Positions 1-13,026 are shown, counted from the first letter of the whole stretch. The stretch is 62,814 bases of DNA, filler included, from Octopus bimaculoides (GCF_001194135.2; 4 parts of 4 records of this genome joined end to end with filler, not necessarily neighbours in it), one strand, 5' to 3'. Notes: generated by a model from the letters alone, not told the origin. Program-made: numbers and translations.

Positions 1-77
<77 letters not shown>

Positions 78-141
78 ACATATGTATATATATGTGTGTG
101 TGTGCTCACATGTGTATACACACTCACATCTCACACGCACA

Positions 142-206
<65 letters not shown>
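1..206. repeat. Compound (TA)n/(TG)n/(CA)n microsatellite ending at a gap
   Basis: Direct read of the dinucleotide runs. Confidence 0.95.
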
Positions 207-700
207 NNNNNNNNNNATCTACCATTTTACTAAGCAGGTGTTTATTGTATTTCATTCAAGGTTTCCCAGTCTCTAGAGCACATTGACCTTTGACAATCAC
301 TTCAAGACTTAAAATTTTGGAAGGACGACAGAGTGACAGAAATATTGCCGTGTCTTTTTGGTTTTTTTTTTAAATCTTTCTAGTTACATGTTTTTACATT
401 ATGCGTTCAAATCCGGCTGATGCGGCATTGCTTTTCATTCTTCCAGGATCGATAAGATGAAATAAGTGCCATTTTAGTACAAAGAAGTCTATCTAACAAC
501 ATAGAAAGCGTCTTGTGTTAGACATTAAAGTGATGGAACCGGCCTAAGGCTGTCGATATGGCAGGTTGTAAGAGTGCCTGATAAAATAACTCTAAACCAT
601 TTTAGTTCTGTGTTCTACAATTTAAACCCCATCAAAGTTGAGTGTATGCTTTTCTCGTCAGTTGTACCCTGGGGTTGATAAAGTCAATTTTATTATAACT

Positions 701-905
701 AAGGCAGTGAGTTGGCAGAATTGATAGAATGCTGGGAAAAATACCTTTCGATATTTGATCCAGCTCTTTACATTCAGAGTTCAGAATCGACCTTTCGTAG
801 TCGATAAAAAGAAAAAAAAGTACCAATCAAGTACTGTAGTCAATGCAATCCACTTGCCTACCTTACCTCAGAACTGAAGGCCTTGTGCCAAAATTAGAGA
901 CAGTT
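701..905 (+). mobile_element. SINE family A copy (tRNA-derived), with more degraded A fragments at about 321-480, 560-690 and 1370-1550
   Basis: Matches the in-window consensus ggcggtgagctggcagaatcgttagc...gagttcaaat...gataaaataagtacc...gccttgtgccaaaatt. Confidence 0.7.
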
Positions 906-1107
906 ATTATCCTGGATTCGAGGCAACTAAATATACTGTTTCGCTATAAAAATTAACCGTGTATTCGATCCCAAAGCTTACTGCTTCGTTCGTTCGTTCG
1001 TTCGTTCGTTCGTTCGTTCGTTTGTTCGTTCGTTCCTGCCTTCCTTCCTTCCTTCCTTCCATTTTCACTGCCCACTATGTCCACTAGAATTCAGTTCTAT
1101 ATGTCCA

Positions 1108-1370
1108 CTAGAATTGTTGGGATAGAGTTATCTGGTACCTCCACCATAGGGTCGTTTCAGAAGCAACCGTTATTACGTTTCTTTGCCGGATTCCCAAGCG
1201 TCTCGAACTGAGACAACGGATATTATCCAACCATCTCACTCTTGATTTAACCCTAGATCTCCTGTCGGTTGGTTCGGCATGCAAAATCTCTCTTACGATT
1301 CTTTCCTGGCAGGTGGCAAGTGCATCAGATAGAATACCAAGCGATGTATGCTCCAATTCTCCCCAAACTA
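1108..1370 (-). mobile_element. RTE-like LINE 3' ORF remnant
   Basis: ERIVREILHAEPTDRRSRVKSRVRWLDNI...LGI resembles the RTE C-terminal pattern RxxKxIL...RxRGxPRxRWxDxI. Confidence 0.55.
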
Positions 1371-1742
1371 AGTTCAAAACTCATCGAGTTCGACTTTGCA
1401 TTTCATCCTTCTGGGTCGATAAATAAAGTGCCACTCTAGAGCGGTGGATTATCAGCATTATTAACGTGTCGGACAAAATGCCTTGCGGTATCTGTCTTAC
1501 CTGTTTTCGTTGGCAATTCAAATTCATCCGAGTTAATGACATTGCTTATGAAAGTCTAATGAAGTACAAAACAAAATTAATTATGTGATTCGAGTTCATA
1601 AGTGCAATATGCATTCGAACGGGCGCAGGAAGATTTTTGTCTTCAGCTTCACCTGAAGCCGAAACTTTCATCAAAAGCGCTTCTTATCACGTTAAACCCA
1701 TCACCAGAATACGCCAGGTTGATAATATTATTCACCACACTG

Positions 1743-2190
1743 AAAGGCGACGAGCTTGTGGAATCGTTACCGCACCGAACAAAATGCTTAGCAGTATTTC
1801 GTCCCTCTTTACGTTTTGAGTTCAAACTTCGCTAAGTTCGACTTCGCTTTTCATCTTTTCGGGATCTATGATAAAATAAGTATCAGTCAGTATTGGAGTC
1901 GATGTAATCGACTAGCCTTTTCCCCTAATATTTCAGGCCTTCTGCCTATAGTAGAAAGGATTCTTTATCACACTGGAAGGCTGTGCATTGATAGAATCGT
2001 TAGCGTGTCGGATAAAATAAGATATCGGTATATCTTTTGGCCCTTTACGCACTGAGTTCAAATGCCGCTAGGGTCAACTTCGCCTTTTATCTTTCTGGGT
2101 CAATAAAATTACTACCAGTTGCACCTTGAAGTTGATATAATTGACTTTACTCTTCCTTTGAAATAGTTGGCCTCGTGCCAAATTCTGAAA
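1743..2190 (+). mobile_element. Two head-to-tail SINE-A copies (about 1743-1950 and 1972-2190)
   Basis: Two consecutive matches to the family A consensus. Confidence 0.8.
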
Positions 2191-2261
2191 CAAATGTTAT
2201 TTATTACACTGGCAGTTGGCGACGGAAAACCACAACCATTCTCATGATTAGTATAGAAATA

Positions 2262-3512
2262 CGAGGGGTGTTCATTAAAGATTTCCCCTGACCCACTTCT
2301 CAAGGACTGGGATAAACGAAACATGGCATAATTATTAGTTCTTCTCTACATACCCACAACTAATGGTGATACACTTCTATAGACTTATACAGCTGTGAAG
2401 ACCTCGTCTGTAGAAGTCAGTAGGTTGCATCTGGAAACTTTACCTCGGAAATATGTTCGTTATCATCATCCGAAAAGTGCTTCCGCTTCAAAAAAGACTT
2501 CATGATTGGAAATAGGTGGGAGTCAGATGGTGCGAAGTCGGGAGTAAGGAGGATGAGGAAGGATTTCATAGCAACATGCGCATTGTGAACTGGAGCGTTG
2601 TCATGGAGGAGGCGGACTCTTTTGGTTAGCATGCCACGCCTCTCTGCTTTGATGGCGTCCCGTAATTTCTGCAGCAGAGAAGCATAATATTCCCCGTTAA
2701 TTGTGGTGTCCTTTGCCAGAAAATCCATCAACACTACTCCACACTGGTTCCAAAAGACTGTGAACATCATCTTGCCTGCTGAGGGTTGGACACAAGTCTT
2801 CTCTGGAGGTGGTGAGTTATCATGCTTCCGTTGCTTCGACTGCACTTTAGTCTCAGGATCATAATGATGGACACATGTTTTATCCTGTGTGATAATTCTG
2901 CTGAAAAGGTCCTCCTCGTTTTCTTGGTGCATTGCCAAAAGTGCCTGGGAGCAATTGACTCGTTCCTGCTTCTGAAAAGGTGTGAGCATCCGGAGAATCC
3001 ATCCTGCAGACAACTTTTGCATGTACAAAAGGTCGTAAATGATTTTTCCACGGATTCTACACTTATCCTCACTTCTTAGGCTAGTTGCCGAATAGTCACG
3101 CGGTAATCCACCAAAATGGCGGCTTCCACTTAATGGATTATGTCGTCAGCAATGGCGGAATGTGGTCGTCCAGAAATAGGAAAAGTTTCCACTGATGTCC
3201 GATTACATTTGAACTGGTGATGCCCGTGCTTGACTTCATCGTATGATGGGGCATCGTTACCATAAACTTCTTTCATCTCATCGAAAGTCTCTATTGGTGT
3301 ACGACTTTTCAAGTATAAGAACCTGATCACTCAACTGCCTCCATTATAACACCTTAGTCCACTTCGGTAGCCGTAAAAAACAAACGAATACAAGTGGGAA
3401 GCTGCAACTTACAATGTGACATGCAGAGACAAGCATGATTATACCTGTACTAGTTCAGTTTCCAGCAATAATCAGAAGTGGGTCAGGGGAAATCTTTAAT
3501 GAACACCCCTCG
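2262..3512 (-). mobile_element. Full-length (1251 bp) mariner DNA transposon with a defective transposase
   Basis: Perfect 39-bp TIRs cgaggggtgttcattaaagatttcccctgacccacttct (2262-2300 and 3474-3512), with TA on both flanks. Transposase motifs WILRMLT, ITQDKTC, HDNAPVH and PDFAPSDSHLF. Confidence 0.95.
2417..3344 (-). pseudogene. Mariner transposase pseudogene (frameshifts, stop, internal deletion)
   Basis: Starts MEAVE at 3344 and is split over ORFs 3130-3330, 2767-3072 and 2417-3028. The segment between HDNA and PDFAP is shorter than in a canonical DD34D enzyme. Confidence 0.9.
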
Positions 3513-3659
3513 TACTAATGAAAGATATCAAAAGTGCTTGAAAAGATACCAAGATATAAGAATGAGACTAAAATGAAACATATGTATGCATGTATGTATG
3601 CATGTATGTATGCATGTATGTATGCATGTATGTATGCATGTATGTTATGTATGTAGGTA

Positions 3660-3957
3660 TATCATTGTATCGACTAGACAATCGAATGTTGTTATGCAGC
3701 GCTGGTAACAATGCGCTTCCTTGTTCTGCTTTATCTTTCGAATGGTGCCATACCCTTGACTAGGTGTGCAGGTTAACATCCCCCTTGAACGGAAAGTCAG
3801 CCTGTTGCAATGTGACCCATTTACAGCTGAGTAAACTGGAGCAACTTGAAATCAAGTGTTATATCGAAGAACACAAGGCACCGCTGGTCCGAGAATCGAA
3901 CCCACGTTCTTACGATCATGAATGCAGCACCCAAACCACTAGGCCACGTGCCTTCAC
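3660..3957 (-). mobile_element. SINE family D copy (tRNA head plus CORE-like domain), tail type 1
   Basis: A box tggcctagtggtt and B box ggttcgattc, then acacttgatttcaagttgctccagtttactcagctgtaaatg. Confidence 0.7.
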
Positions 3958-4536
3958 ACATCCATCCATCCATCCATCCATCCATCCATCCATCCATCTA
4001 TACACGCACACATACAAACACACATGCACATATATGGGTGTGTATGCTTTGTTGCATATATAAATTACTTCAATGCGAGCTATTTCACTGAAACTGTATG
4101 TATCTTCTCAGGCCTGAGAAGTAACTAATAAGAACTGTTACGCTGAAAAGGTTTAACAAAACCGAAACAAGATTAGAGTTGTCGCCTTACCACTGCATGC
4201 CCAATTCAATTTTTATCTATCTGAGAGTAGGTAGTCTCCCTTGCCTTTTATCTTTTTATTATTTGTTTATTTATTTTATTCTTTTTTAAAATTTTTATTT
4301 TATTTTAGAATTAACCATCAACTTAATGGTATTTTTCCCCTTACTGTGAGTTCAATTTTGATGAATAACAATTTTTTGGCCTCCGCAACATTCAATATGT
4401 TAGCATCGATTAACTAGTTCTTTGCTTCATTTTTTTTTTTTAAATTCTTTTCATCCTGCAGAAGGAGACTCTGAGTAACCCTCTTCCCACCACCAGCAGG
4501 ATGGCAGTGAAATGATTGAAAGCGCATTAAGAACAC

Positions 4537-4567
<31 letters not shown>

Positions 4568-4753
4568 CACACACATACACACACACACATACACACATAC
4601 ATACATATATATGTAAATACATAGGTATGTATGTATTTATGTATATATATATATATATATATATACACAAATACATACATACATATACACACATATATAT
4701 ATATATATATATTCATACATACACTCACACTCACATACACACACATATAGACG

Positions 4754-4795
<42 letters not shown>

Positions 4796-5432
4796 AATAG
4801 ACACACATTCACGCACATTGTTAAATACGCACACCAAAGTGTAATTTATGTCAAAAGGGAAAAAAAATAATCGAAGCTTTACTGTAGCAAAGTAGTGATT
4901 AAAATCTTATTGATCGTCAAATCAATATGGAACTGAACTACCGATATTTTGGACCAGATATTATTCAACAAGAGATTAGGTCTTCACTAAAAGTTATATT
5001 CTTCTCTTAAAAAGCATCGTTATGGTTATATAACGTATTCATACATTGTATCAATGCCACAGAGACACACCCGTACACGCATACACGTACACGCTTATTC
5101 ATACATACATACATACATACATACATACAGACATACAGACATACAGACAGATAGACAGACAGGCAGGGAGGCAGGCAGACAGACAGGAAGGCAGGCAGAT
5201 AGATTGATAGATAGATAGACAGATACGTGCATGCGTACATACATACATACATACATACGTACATGCATACATACATACATACATTCATACATGCATTCAT
5301 ACATACATACATGCATGCATGCATACATACATTCGTACGTACGTACATACATACATACATATATTATACATACATACATACATACATACATATATTATAC
5401 ATACATTCATACATACATACATACATGCATGC
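4537..5432. repeat. (TACA)n/(CA)n/(TA)n microsatellite blocks (4537-4800 and 5095-5432)
   Basis: Direct read. Confidence 0.9.
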
Positions 5433-5437
5433 ATAGG

Positions 5438-5772
5438 TAAAGACCCCCTTCGGTAATAAAAGACCATGGGATTACACTTAGGAAGTCCACTTCCAAAGCA
5501 CAAGTCTGGGCAAGATTGCTTATGAAAGACCAGCAGTCGTCCATTTGTACCAGTCTCTCCTCTCCAGGCCACCGATGTTGTCTAAGGAAAGTCAAAGGCC
5601 GATACAGCTTGGCACCAGTGACGTCACTATTCATTTCTACAGCTGAGTGAACTGGAGCAACGTGAAATAGTGTCTTGCTCAAGAACACAACTCACAGCCC
5701 GGTCCGGGAATCGAATTCACTACCTCATGTTTGTTAGCCCGACGCTCTAACCACTGAGCCATGTGCCTTCAC
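5438..5772 (-). mobile_element. SINE family D copy, tail type 2
   Basis: tggctcagtggttagagc...ttcgattcccggacc...cttgagcaagacact...ctccagttcactcagctgtagaaatg. Confidence 0.8.
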
Positions 5773-5861
5773 ATACATACACACACACATACATACATAC
5801 ATACATGTGCACGCGCACACATGTACACACACACACACACACGTGTTGTTTTTTATCGTTT

Positions 5862-6060
5862 TTTTTTTCAATCATTGCTGCTATGTTGGAGCACTGACTT
5901 TAATCGATCCCACCAGTAATTATTTTTTTGCTTAAAAATTGGTACTTCACCTATCGGTCTCTCTTGCTGAACCGCAAACTCATAGAGCATAAACTAACCA
6001 ACACCGGTTGTCAAGTGGTGGGCTAACAATCATGAGACAAGCACAGAAATAAATAACCAC
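5862..6060 (-). mobile_element. SINE family B 3' fragment
   Basis: Matches the B tail (accggttgtcaag; ctatcggtctc...gctgaaccgc). Confidence 0.6.
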
Positions 6061-6124
6061 ACAAACACGAACACGTATATATACATATATATTAATGTTT
6101 TTATGTTGTGACATAATCCTTTCT

Positions 6125-6330
6125 ACTCTAGGCACAAGGCCTGACATTTTGAGGGAGGGGGACCAGTCAATTAGATCGACCCCAGTACACAACTAGTACT
6201 TAATTTATCGACACCAAAAGGATGTAAGGCAAAGTCGACCCCGGCGGAATTTGAACTCAAAACGTAAAGACAGACGAAATACTGCTAAGCATTTCCCCGG
6301 AGTGCTAACAATTCTGCCAGCTCACCGCCT
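6125..6330 (-). mobile_element. SINE-A copy
   Basis: Reverse-complement match to the A consensus along its full length. Confidence 0.85.
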
Positions 6331-6539
6331 TATGTTGTGTCATAATAAAAACAATTTTACATTCAATTGAAAGCTTACCCAATACCTCTTCTAGTGTTCT
6401 TTTACTAGAATAGTGTTGCCAGTGACTTCGAAGTTTCAGTCTGATTAGACTTCATCTGACTCTGGTACATTTGAGATCATCTTGGCTTTAGATGGATGTC
6501 TGGTAAGTTTATTTTTCTGTGATATCTTTTATTTTTTTT

Positions 6540-6734
6540 TTGTTTTAGTCATGAGACTGAGACCGCGTTGAAGAATTTTTAGTTCAATAAATCGACCCCA
6601 GTACTTATAAATTTCTTTTAAGCCTGTTAATTATTCTATCGGTCTCTTTTTTCCGAAGCATCAAGTTACGGGGACGTAAACACACCAACACCGGTTGTCA
6701 AGCAGTGGTGGGCGACAAACATAGACAAGGGCGT

Positions 6735-6824
<90 letters not shown>

Positions 6825-6995
6825 GCACACACTTATACGACGGGTTGTTTCAGTTTCCGCTCTTCCAAATCCACTCACAGGACTTTGGTCAGCTCGTGGC
6901 TATAAAAAAAGACACTTACCCAAAGTGCTACGCAGTGGAACTGAACCCGGAACCATGTGGCTGGAAAGCAAACTTCTTACCTCCCCCCACCCGCA
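6540..6995 (-). mobile_element. SINE-B copy with an expanded internal (CA)n
   Basis: B head (ggactgaaccc...) and tail separated by a long (CA)n run. Confidence 0.85.
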
Positions 6996-7384
6996 ATGAT
7001 AATTAGGTTGGAGTGTAAGTTCTGAGGGATAAGGTATTGTAGATTTTATTGATTAAAGTTAGAGTTTGTAGCCCAGTCATGCGTGTAAACTTTTTAATCA
7101 AATGAATCTTTTGGGGGAGTGTTAGATTCAGGTCATGAAGTTGCTTTTCAAGATTCACAAAAGAATGTAAGTGGGTAAAAAGGTTAATTACTCAATAAAT
7201 GTTTAACTAGGTTTACTTGTTGGTTTTTATTCTTATGTATAAGTTTCTGCACACGCTTTTATAATGCGCCACGTTCACGTATATTAATAAGTCCAAAGAA
7301 ATACATTATAAATATCACTACTAATACTCACGTTTGAACCTTAATAGAAGAAATACTTATAAATAGAAGTAGTCGCTTATTCAG

Positions 7385-7760
7385 AAAGCTCATTCCTGGC
7401 AAAAGGCTACGGGATTGCCTTCTTCGAAGATACAAGAACTAACTAAAATCAAGACTGAAAGCCACTGCAATTGAGTTTAAATGATTTGAAACACGAGTCC
7501 GCGACTGGACCAAGTGGCGGAGTTCCATCACTGTCGGAACGAAAAACTTCGAAGCCATCACAAAAAAATGGAAGAAATCAGACGACAGGAGAGAAAGGCT
7601 CGACAAAACCAATCTTGTTCTTCACCATCATTACCATGCAGTCAACTTCATTGACTCTTCTGTGCTAGAATTGGTCGACAATCATCAACGCCATCACCAT
7701 AAAGGAAGCGTTCAACAAAGACGAAACTAAATTCTCGGATATGAAATAAAGCCGTCGCCG
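7385..7760 (+). mobile_element. RTE-clade LINE 3' end remnant
   Basis: Manual translation across stops and frameshifts: GKRLRDCLLRRYKN*LKSRLK...FETRVRDWTKWRSSITVG...RRQERKARQ...LFCARIG. Ends at a (GAC)n run. Confidence 0.7.
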
Positions 7761-7779
7761 CCGCCGACGACGACGACAT

Positions 7780-7925
7780 TCTGAATTCAAATTCTTCCGT
7801 AGTCGACTTTGCCTTTCATCCTTTCGTAGTCGATAAGATAAGTACCAGTTGAGCCCTGGAGTCGGAGTAATCGACTTATCCCCTCACTAAAATTGTTGGC
7901 CCCTCGTGCCAAAATTTGAAACCAA
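7780..7925 (+). mobile_element. 5'-truncated SINE-A
   Basis: Matches the consensus from ttctgaattcaaattc to gtgccaaaatttgaaacca. Confidence 0.8.
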
Positions 7926-8547
7926 TATATTAACTCGCTCAGTTTGAATACATTTTCATCTTTATTGAGCCCTCTGCTAACACACATCACATACAAAAGA
8001 CGGTTTCGCTTTGTCTGCGAAATGATTATTTCTACTAATGTAACAGTCTTTTCATGAGTTAATTCTAAATACCGATTTTGCAATTAATTTCGGATATTTT
8101 AGCACTTGTAAACTGCAATATATCTACATGAAAATATGTCCTGGCAATGCAAGCTTGTAGTAGGTTTGTTATTATATATCCAAAACTACGAATGGCCCAT
8201 AAAACAATCAATACCAGCCTTTTGTCATTCACCTTCTTTCTAACATTATCTCTGTGAATATTTAATGTTGAATCAATCCTTTTATTTCTGTTTCATTCAT
8301 TGTACTATTTCCCCTGATTTATCATGTGATTCCTCTATTCTGTTCTACTTTTTTTCCTTTTCACCAGTGAACTTTCCAAAAGTATAGACCTTTTTAGCAT
8401 CCAATAAAGAAGGATGATCATGTATGGTATATAATGTTATAAATGTGTGCATAAATAACTCCGTATATATGTTCGTGAATATATTCATACACGCATACAA
8501 ACACACAAACATTACCTCCATATATTTTATTTTATACATTACGTATA

Positions 8548-8708
8548 GGTGCAGGAGCGGTTATGTGGTGAGAAGTTTGTTTCCCAGCTACATGGTTCTG
8601 GGTTCAGTTCCACTGTGTGGTACCTTGGGCAAGTGTCTTCTACAATAGCCTCGAGCCGACCAAAACCTTGTGAGTGAATGTGGTAGATGGTAACTGAAAA
8701 GCCCGTCG

Positions 8709-8760
<52 letters not shown>

Positions 8761-8790
8761 TGTGTCTGTGTTTGTCCCCCCAACACCACT
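8548..8790 (+). mobile_element. SINE-B copy (3' part missing)
   Basis: ggtgcaggag...gttcagttccactgtgtggtaccttgggcaagtgtcttctac followed by the internal (TA)/(TG) run. Confidence 0.85.
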
Positions 8791-8824
8791 TAACAATATA
8801 TATATGTATACATATATACATATA

Positions 8825-8978
8825 CAAGGTGTGTTGAAAAGTTCCTGGCTTTCGGTAAAAGAACTTACAGAAGGATCAGTTAATTAGGATTTTATTCAAG
8901 ATATTCCTCTCTGAAAGTTTGGCCTCCATGCAGGCTTTACCGCGACACTTAAAACCAAGATATTTTCAGCACACCTCG
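8825..8978. mobile_element. Mariner-type MITE (154 bp)
   Basis: Imperfect TIRs of about 28 bp (caaggtgtgttgaaaagttcctggcttt and the reverse complement cgaggtgtgctgaaaatatcttggtttt), flanked by TA. Confidence 0.7.
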
Positions 8979-9349
8979 TATATANNNNNNNNNNNNNNNN
9001 NNNNNNNNNNNNNNNNNNNNNNNNNNNNATATATGTAGCGTTGCTATTATGCAAAAGTGTCCTAAGTCCAAAACGTTGCTTTTTTTTTAGAAAACGAAAA
9101 AAGTAGTTTCATCATTCCATAGCAAAACTGTTGTACTACACTTTGATAGTTGTTTTTGTTACCATGGCATCTGAAGCAGCTGGAGATACGATAGTTTGAC
9201 CAAAGGAACCAGCTATTGCAAGCAAAAATAAATATTGAACAAAAACATACGACAGTTTAACATAATAGCAACGATACTGAATGCCCTTCTTTCGTTTGTT
9301 TACTCACACGTATTTATATATATATATACATACATACATACATATATAT

Positions 9350-9515
9350 ATACGACAGGCTTCTTTCAGTTTCCGTCTACCAAATCCACTCACAAGACTT
9401 TGGTCGGCCCGAGGCTATAGCAGGAGACACTTGCCCAAGGTGCCACGCAGTGGGACTGAACTCGGAACCATGTGGTTGTGAAGCAAGCTTCTTACCACAT
9501 AGCCACTCCTGCGCC
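9350..9515 (-). mobile_element. SINE-B 5' half
   Basis: Close match to the B head ggcgcaggagtggct...gaaactgaaagaagcc. Confidence 0.9.
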
Positions 9516-9794
9516 TATAAATAAGTTTATATATACTTTTGTCAAATATTAGTAATGATTTATAACTTTGGTACAAGGCCACAAACTTAAAGGGGAGGGG
9601 GAGGTCAGTTTAAGAAAAATTGTTCATACGCATGCCTTTTCCTAGCAACATCTATGATAACAATGAAATGGTTCCAACTGCGAATTAAACATATATACCG
9701 AAACCTACATGTTCCTTATGACTATCGTAACTAAAATATGTCTGATATATAAACACAATTTATTGTACTGATGCCCCTGAGGCAAATGAAAGAA

Positions 9795-10090
9795 ATCATC
9801 ATCATCATCATTTTTGGTAAATGATGTAGCCCTTTTTTTCCTCCTTTTTTTTTAGTTTGAGGTCCAGTTTGAATTTCAGCTTATATCTTGTAGTAATTGC
9901 TGTGCATGTATCGCTGTGTTTTTGTATGTTTTGCCTGTAACAAGTAGATATTATTTTCCATTGCTTGGCATCTGTTTGGCCTCGGTTTGTTTGTTCTTTG
10001 GAGTTTTGCCGGATCAAATTCTTCGAGAATTGTTTTGTGAAGCTGACACAATTTTCTGCTGACTCATATGTTTTTAATCCAACATATGGT
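9795..10090 (-). mobile_element. Possible LINE 3' end with a (TGA)n tail
   Basis: NIQK...TAITTRYKLKFKL weakly resembles the C-terminus of RLE-type LINEs and is followed by a trinucleotide tail. Confidence 0.3.
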
Positions 10091-10094
10091 AGAG

Positions 10095-10310
10095 AAGAAG
10101 GAAGATAAAAAGAGTGAAAAAGAGAGTAATAGATAGATAGAGAGAGGGGGAGGGAGGAGAGAAAGAGACCGAAAAGTAGAAAACAGGAGAAACCGAAGAG
10201 GATAGAGTGAAAGAGAGAGAAAGTGAAACAGAGAGAGAGAGAAAGCAAGAGAGAGAGAAAGCAAGAGAGAGATAGAGAGAGAGAGAGAAAGGCCAGAGAG
10301 ACAGAAAGCA

Positions 10311-10355
<45 letters not shown>

Positions 10356-10392
10356 GAGCGGGATAGAAAGGGAGAGACAAAGAGACTGAGAT

Positions 10393-10437
<45 letters not shown>

Positions 10438-10546
10438 AGAGAGACAGACAGAGAAACAAACACACACAAAGAGAGACAGACAGAGAAACGAAAAGAGAAA
10501 GCAAAAGAGACAGAGAAAAGCAGAAAGAAAGAGTCTGAGAGAGAGA
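10095..10546. repeat. (AG)n-rich low-complexity tract
   Basis: Direct read; runs into a gap. Confidence 0.9.
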
Positions 10547-11129
10547 NNNNNNNNNNNNNNNNNNNNNNNNNNNNNNNNNNNNNNNNNNNNNNNNNNNNNN
10601 NNNNNNNNNNNNNNNNNNNNNNNNNNNNNNNNNNNNNNNNNNNNNNNNNNNNNNNNNNNNNNNNNNNNNNNNNNNNNNNNNNNNNNNNNNNNNNNNNNNN
10701 NNNNNNNNNNNNNNNNNNNNNNNNNNNNNNNNNNNNNNNNNNNNNNNNNNNNNNNNNNNNNNNNNNNNNNNNNNNNNNNNNNNNNNNNNNNNNNNNNNNN
10801 NNNNNNNNNNNNNNNNNNNNNNNNNNNNNNNNNNNNNNNNNNNNNNNNNNNNNNNNNNNNNNNNNNNNNNNNNNNNNNNNNNNNNNNNNNNNNNNNNNNN
10901 NNNNNNNNNNNNNNNNNNNNNNNNNNNNNNNNNNNNNNNNNNNNNNNNNNNNNNNNNNNNNNNNNNNNNNNNNNNNNNNNNNNGAGAGGCGTTCCGGTTG
11001 TGACCATCACAGTTTTTAAGATTTCTTGGATTTTTAAGTTTCTTGGACTACATGAAAACATACATACATGCGCGTGCACGTGTGTGCATGGCCACAGCCG
11101 TAAGGTTGAAACATGTGAAAGAATAAAAG

Positions 11130-11167
<38 letters not shown>

Positions 11168-11206
11168 CATATATATATATATATACGATATGTCTTCATA
11201 TTTTAA

Positions 11207-11650
11207 GGCGGTACAGGGTAGGAAACTGGTAGAATCGTTTAAACGTTTTTTTTTTTGTTTAAAACATTGTGGTGTGAGTTGCGATTCCTAAATTTTTGTG
11301 TTCAAATCCTGCAGAAGTCAACTTTGTCTCTCATCTCTCCTGCGTCGATAAAATAAAGTACCAGTTAAGTACTGGAATCGATGGTATTGACTGTACCCTT
11401 CTCTCAATATTGCTAGCCTTGTGCCAAAATTTGAAAAAGGCGACGAAATAGATGAGTCGTTAGCGCGTCGGACAAACTGTTTAGCGGCATTTCGTCTGTC
11501 TCTATGTTCGGAGTTCAAACTCCGCCGAGGCGTACTTTGCTTTCCATTCTTTCGGAGTCGATAAAATAGTACCAGTTGAGCACTGGGGTAGATATAATCG
11601 ACTAGACTCCTCCCAGAAACTTGCAGGCTCTGTGCTAAAATTTCAAACCA
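11207..11650 (+). mobile_element. Two head-to-tail SINE-A copies
   Basis: The second head (aaggcgacgaa, about 11436) directly follows the first tail gtgccaaaatttgaaa. Confidence 0.8.
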
Positions 11651-12953
11651 TTATTATTATTATTGCGTACTCAAGTTCAACGCCCAAATTTGTTCTGTTG
11701 GTGCCTTTTTCCTTCCAAATGACATTAATTTAATAGTTTACAAGACGGAATCGAAACGACCATCTTGCTAAATGAAAGCGATATCTTTATTGGTTAGTAG
11801 ATAAATTGCTTTGCTACTATAACCCGCACTTTCGCTTTTCAGGTTACTTGAAAATACGTTCATAGTCACCAGTCAGCTATTTACATTGATGCGGCTGTCA
11901 TTTAAGCAGTACTATGGTTTATCTGCTACCTTGACTGACTAAGACAGATAGTGTCAGCTGTGAAATCCCCAGATAACATCGCCTCACTGCTGCTTCAATC
12001 AATCATTTCCCGTGCCAATATTTCTTATTGAGAACGATACCTTTAATATTATTGTATTACTCGCTTCTTGCTGGCTTGTCATTATTATATCAGTTTTAAA
12101 TCAACAGCGTACATATAGAACAGTTCATAATATCGAAACCTCACGACAAAGATATATGGAAGAAAACTGATGTGACGTATAAGCCACAAGATAATAATTA
12201 ATATACATCGACCAACGCTGAAAAATTCTTCCGGCTAGTGGCGAACTGAAGTAACAAAAGCTACTGTTTGCTAATGATTTTCTGATTCACAGCAACTTTT
12301 ACATGGCTGTATTTGCTTTGGTGTTTCTTGTATTGGATAATAATTTATTTAGTAGATGTCTGCATTACACAGAAGAACATAACCCGAGGCTGGAATCCAT
12401 ACACACTGTTGTTGCTCTCATCATATGAAATAGTATGGTCATGTCAGTTTGTTAAATATATTACTACCTGTTTTCTCATTTGCACACTATCTAATTACAT
12501 CGTTATTTCGAAATGCTAATGACTTAACTAAATCATCCAGCGAATTTATATGTTGAAACGAAAGGTATCTCAAGTGGGAAGCGTAAGAAAATAACTTGGC
12601 TGTAGGAATTGACCAACAATATCGACTTCAACGCAGCAACACGTTCATAGTTTCATATCACACAACAATGTCTTGTAAATCTCATTTGCCTGTCAGTGGT
12701 GAATGTAATTAATATAATTAACATTATTTAAATAAGCTCATTCATTTATAAATCTTCTCTCGTTCTCTCCCTCACTCTCTTCTCCGGGAATACTTCGTAA
12801 AACATATAGCCCCAGTCCAGTCAATCCAGCACTTTTTAATATTTCCAGATCGTTGAATCAGGATTCGTGTAAGATTAAAATTAAAAGGAAGCAATATATT
12901 TACTGAAACACAGAAGGCAAGGCAACGACCCATAAATGAAGAGATGCACTTCA

Positions 12954-12954
<1 letters not shown>

Positions 12955-13026
<72 letters not shown>

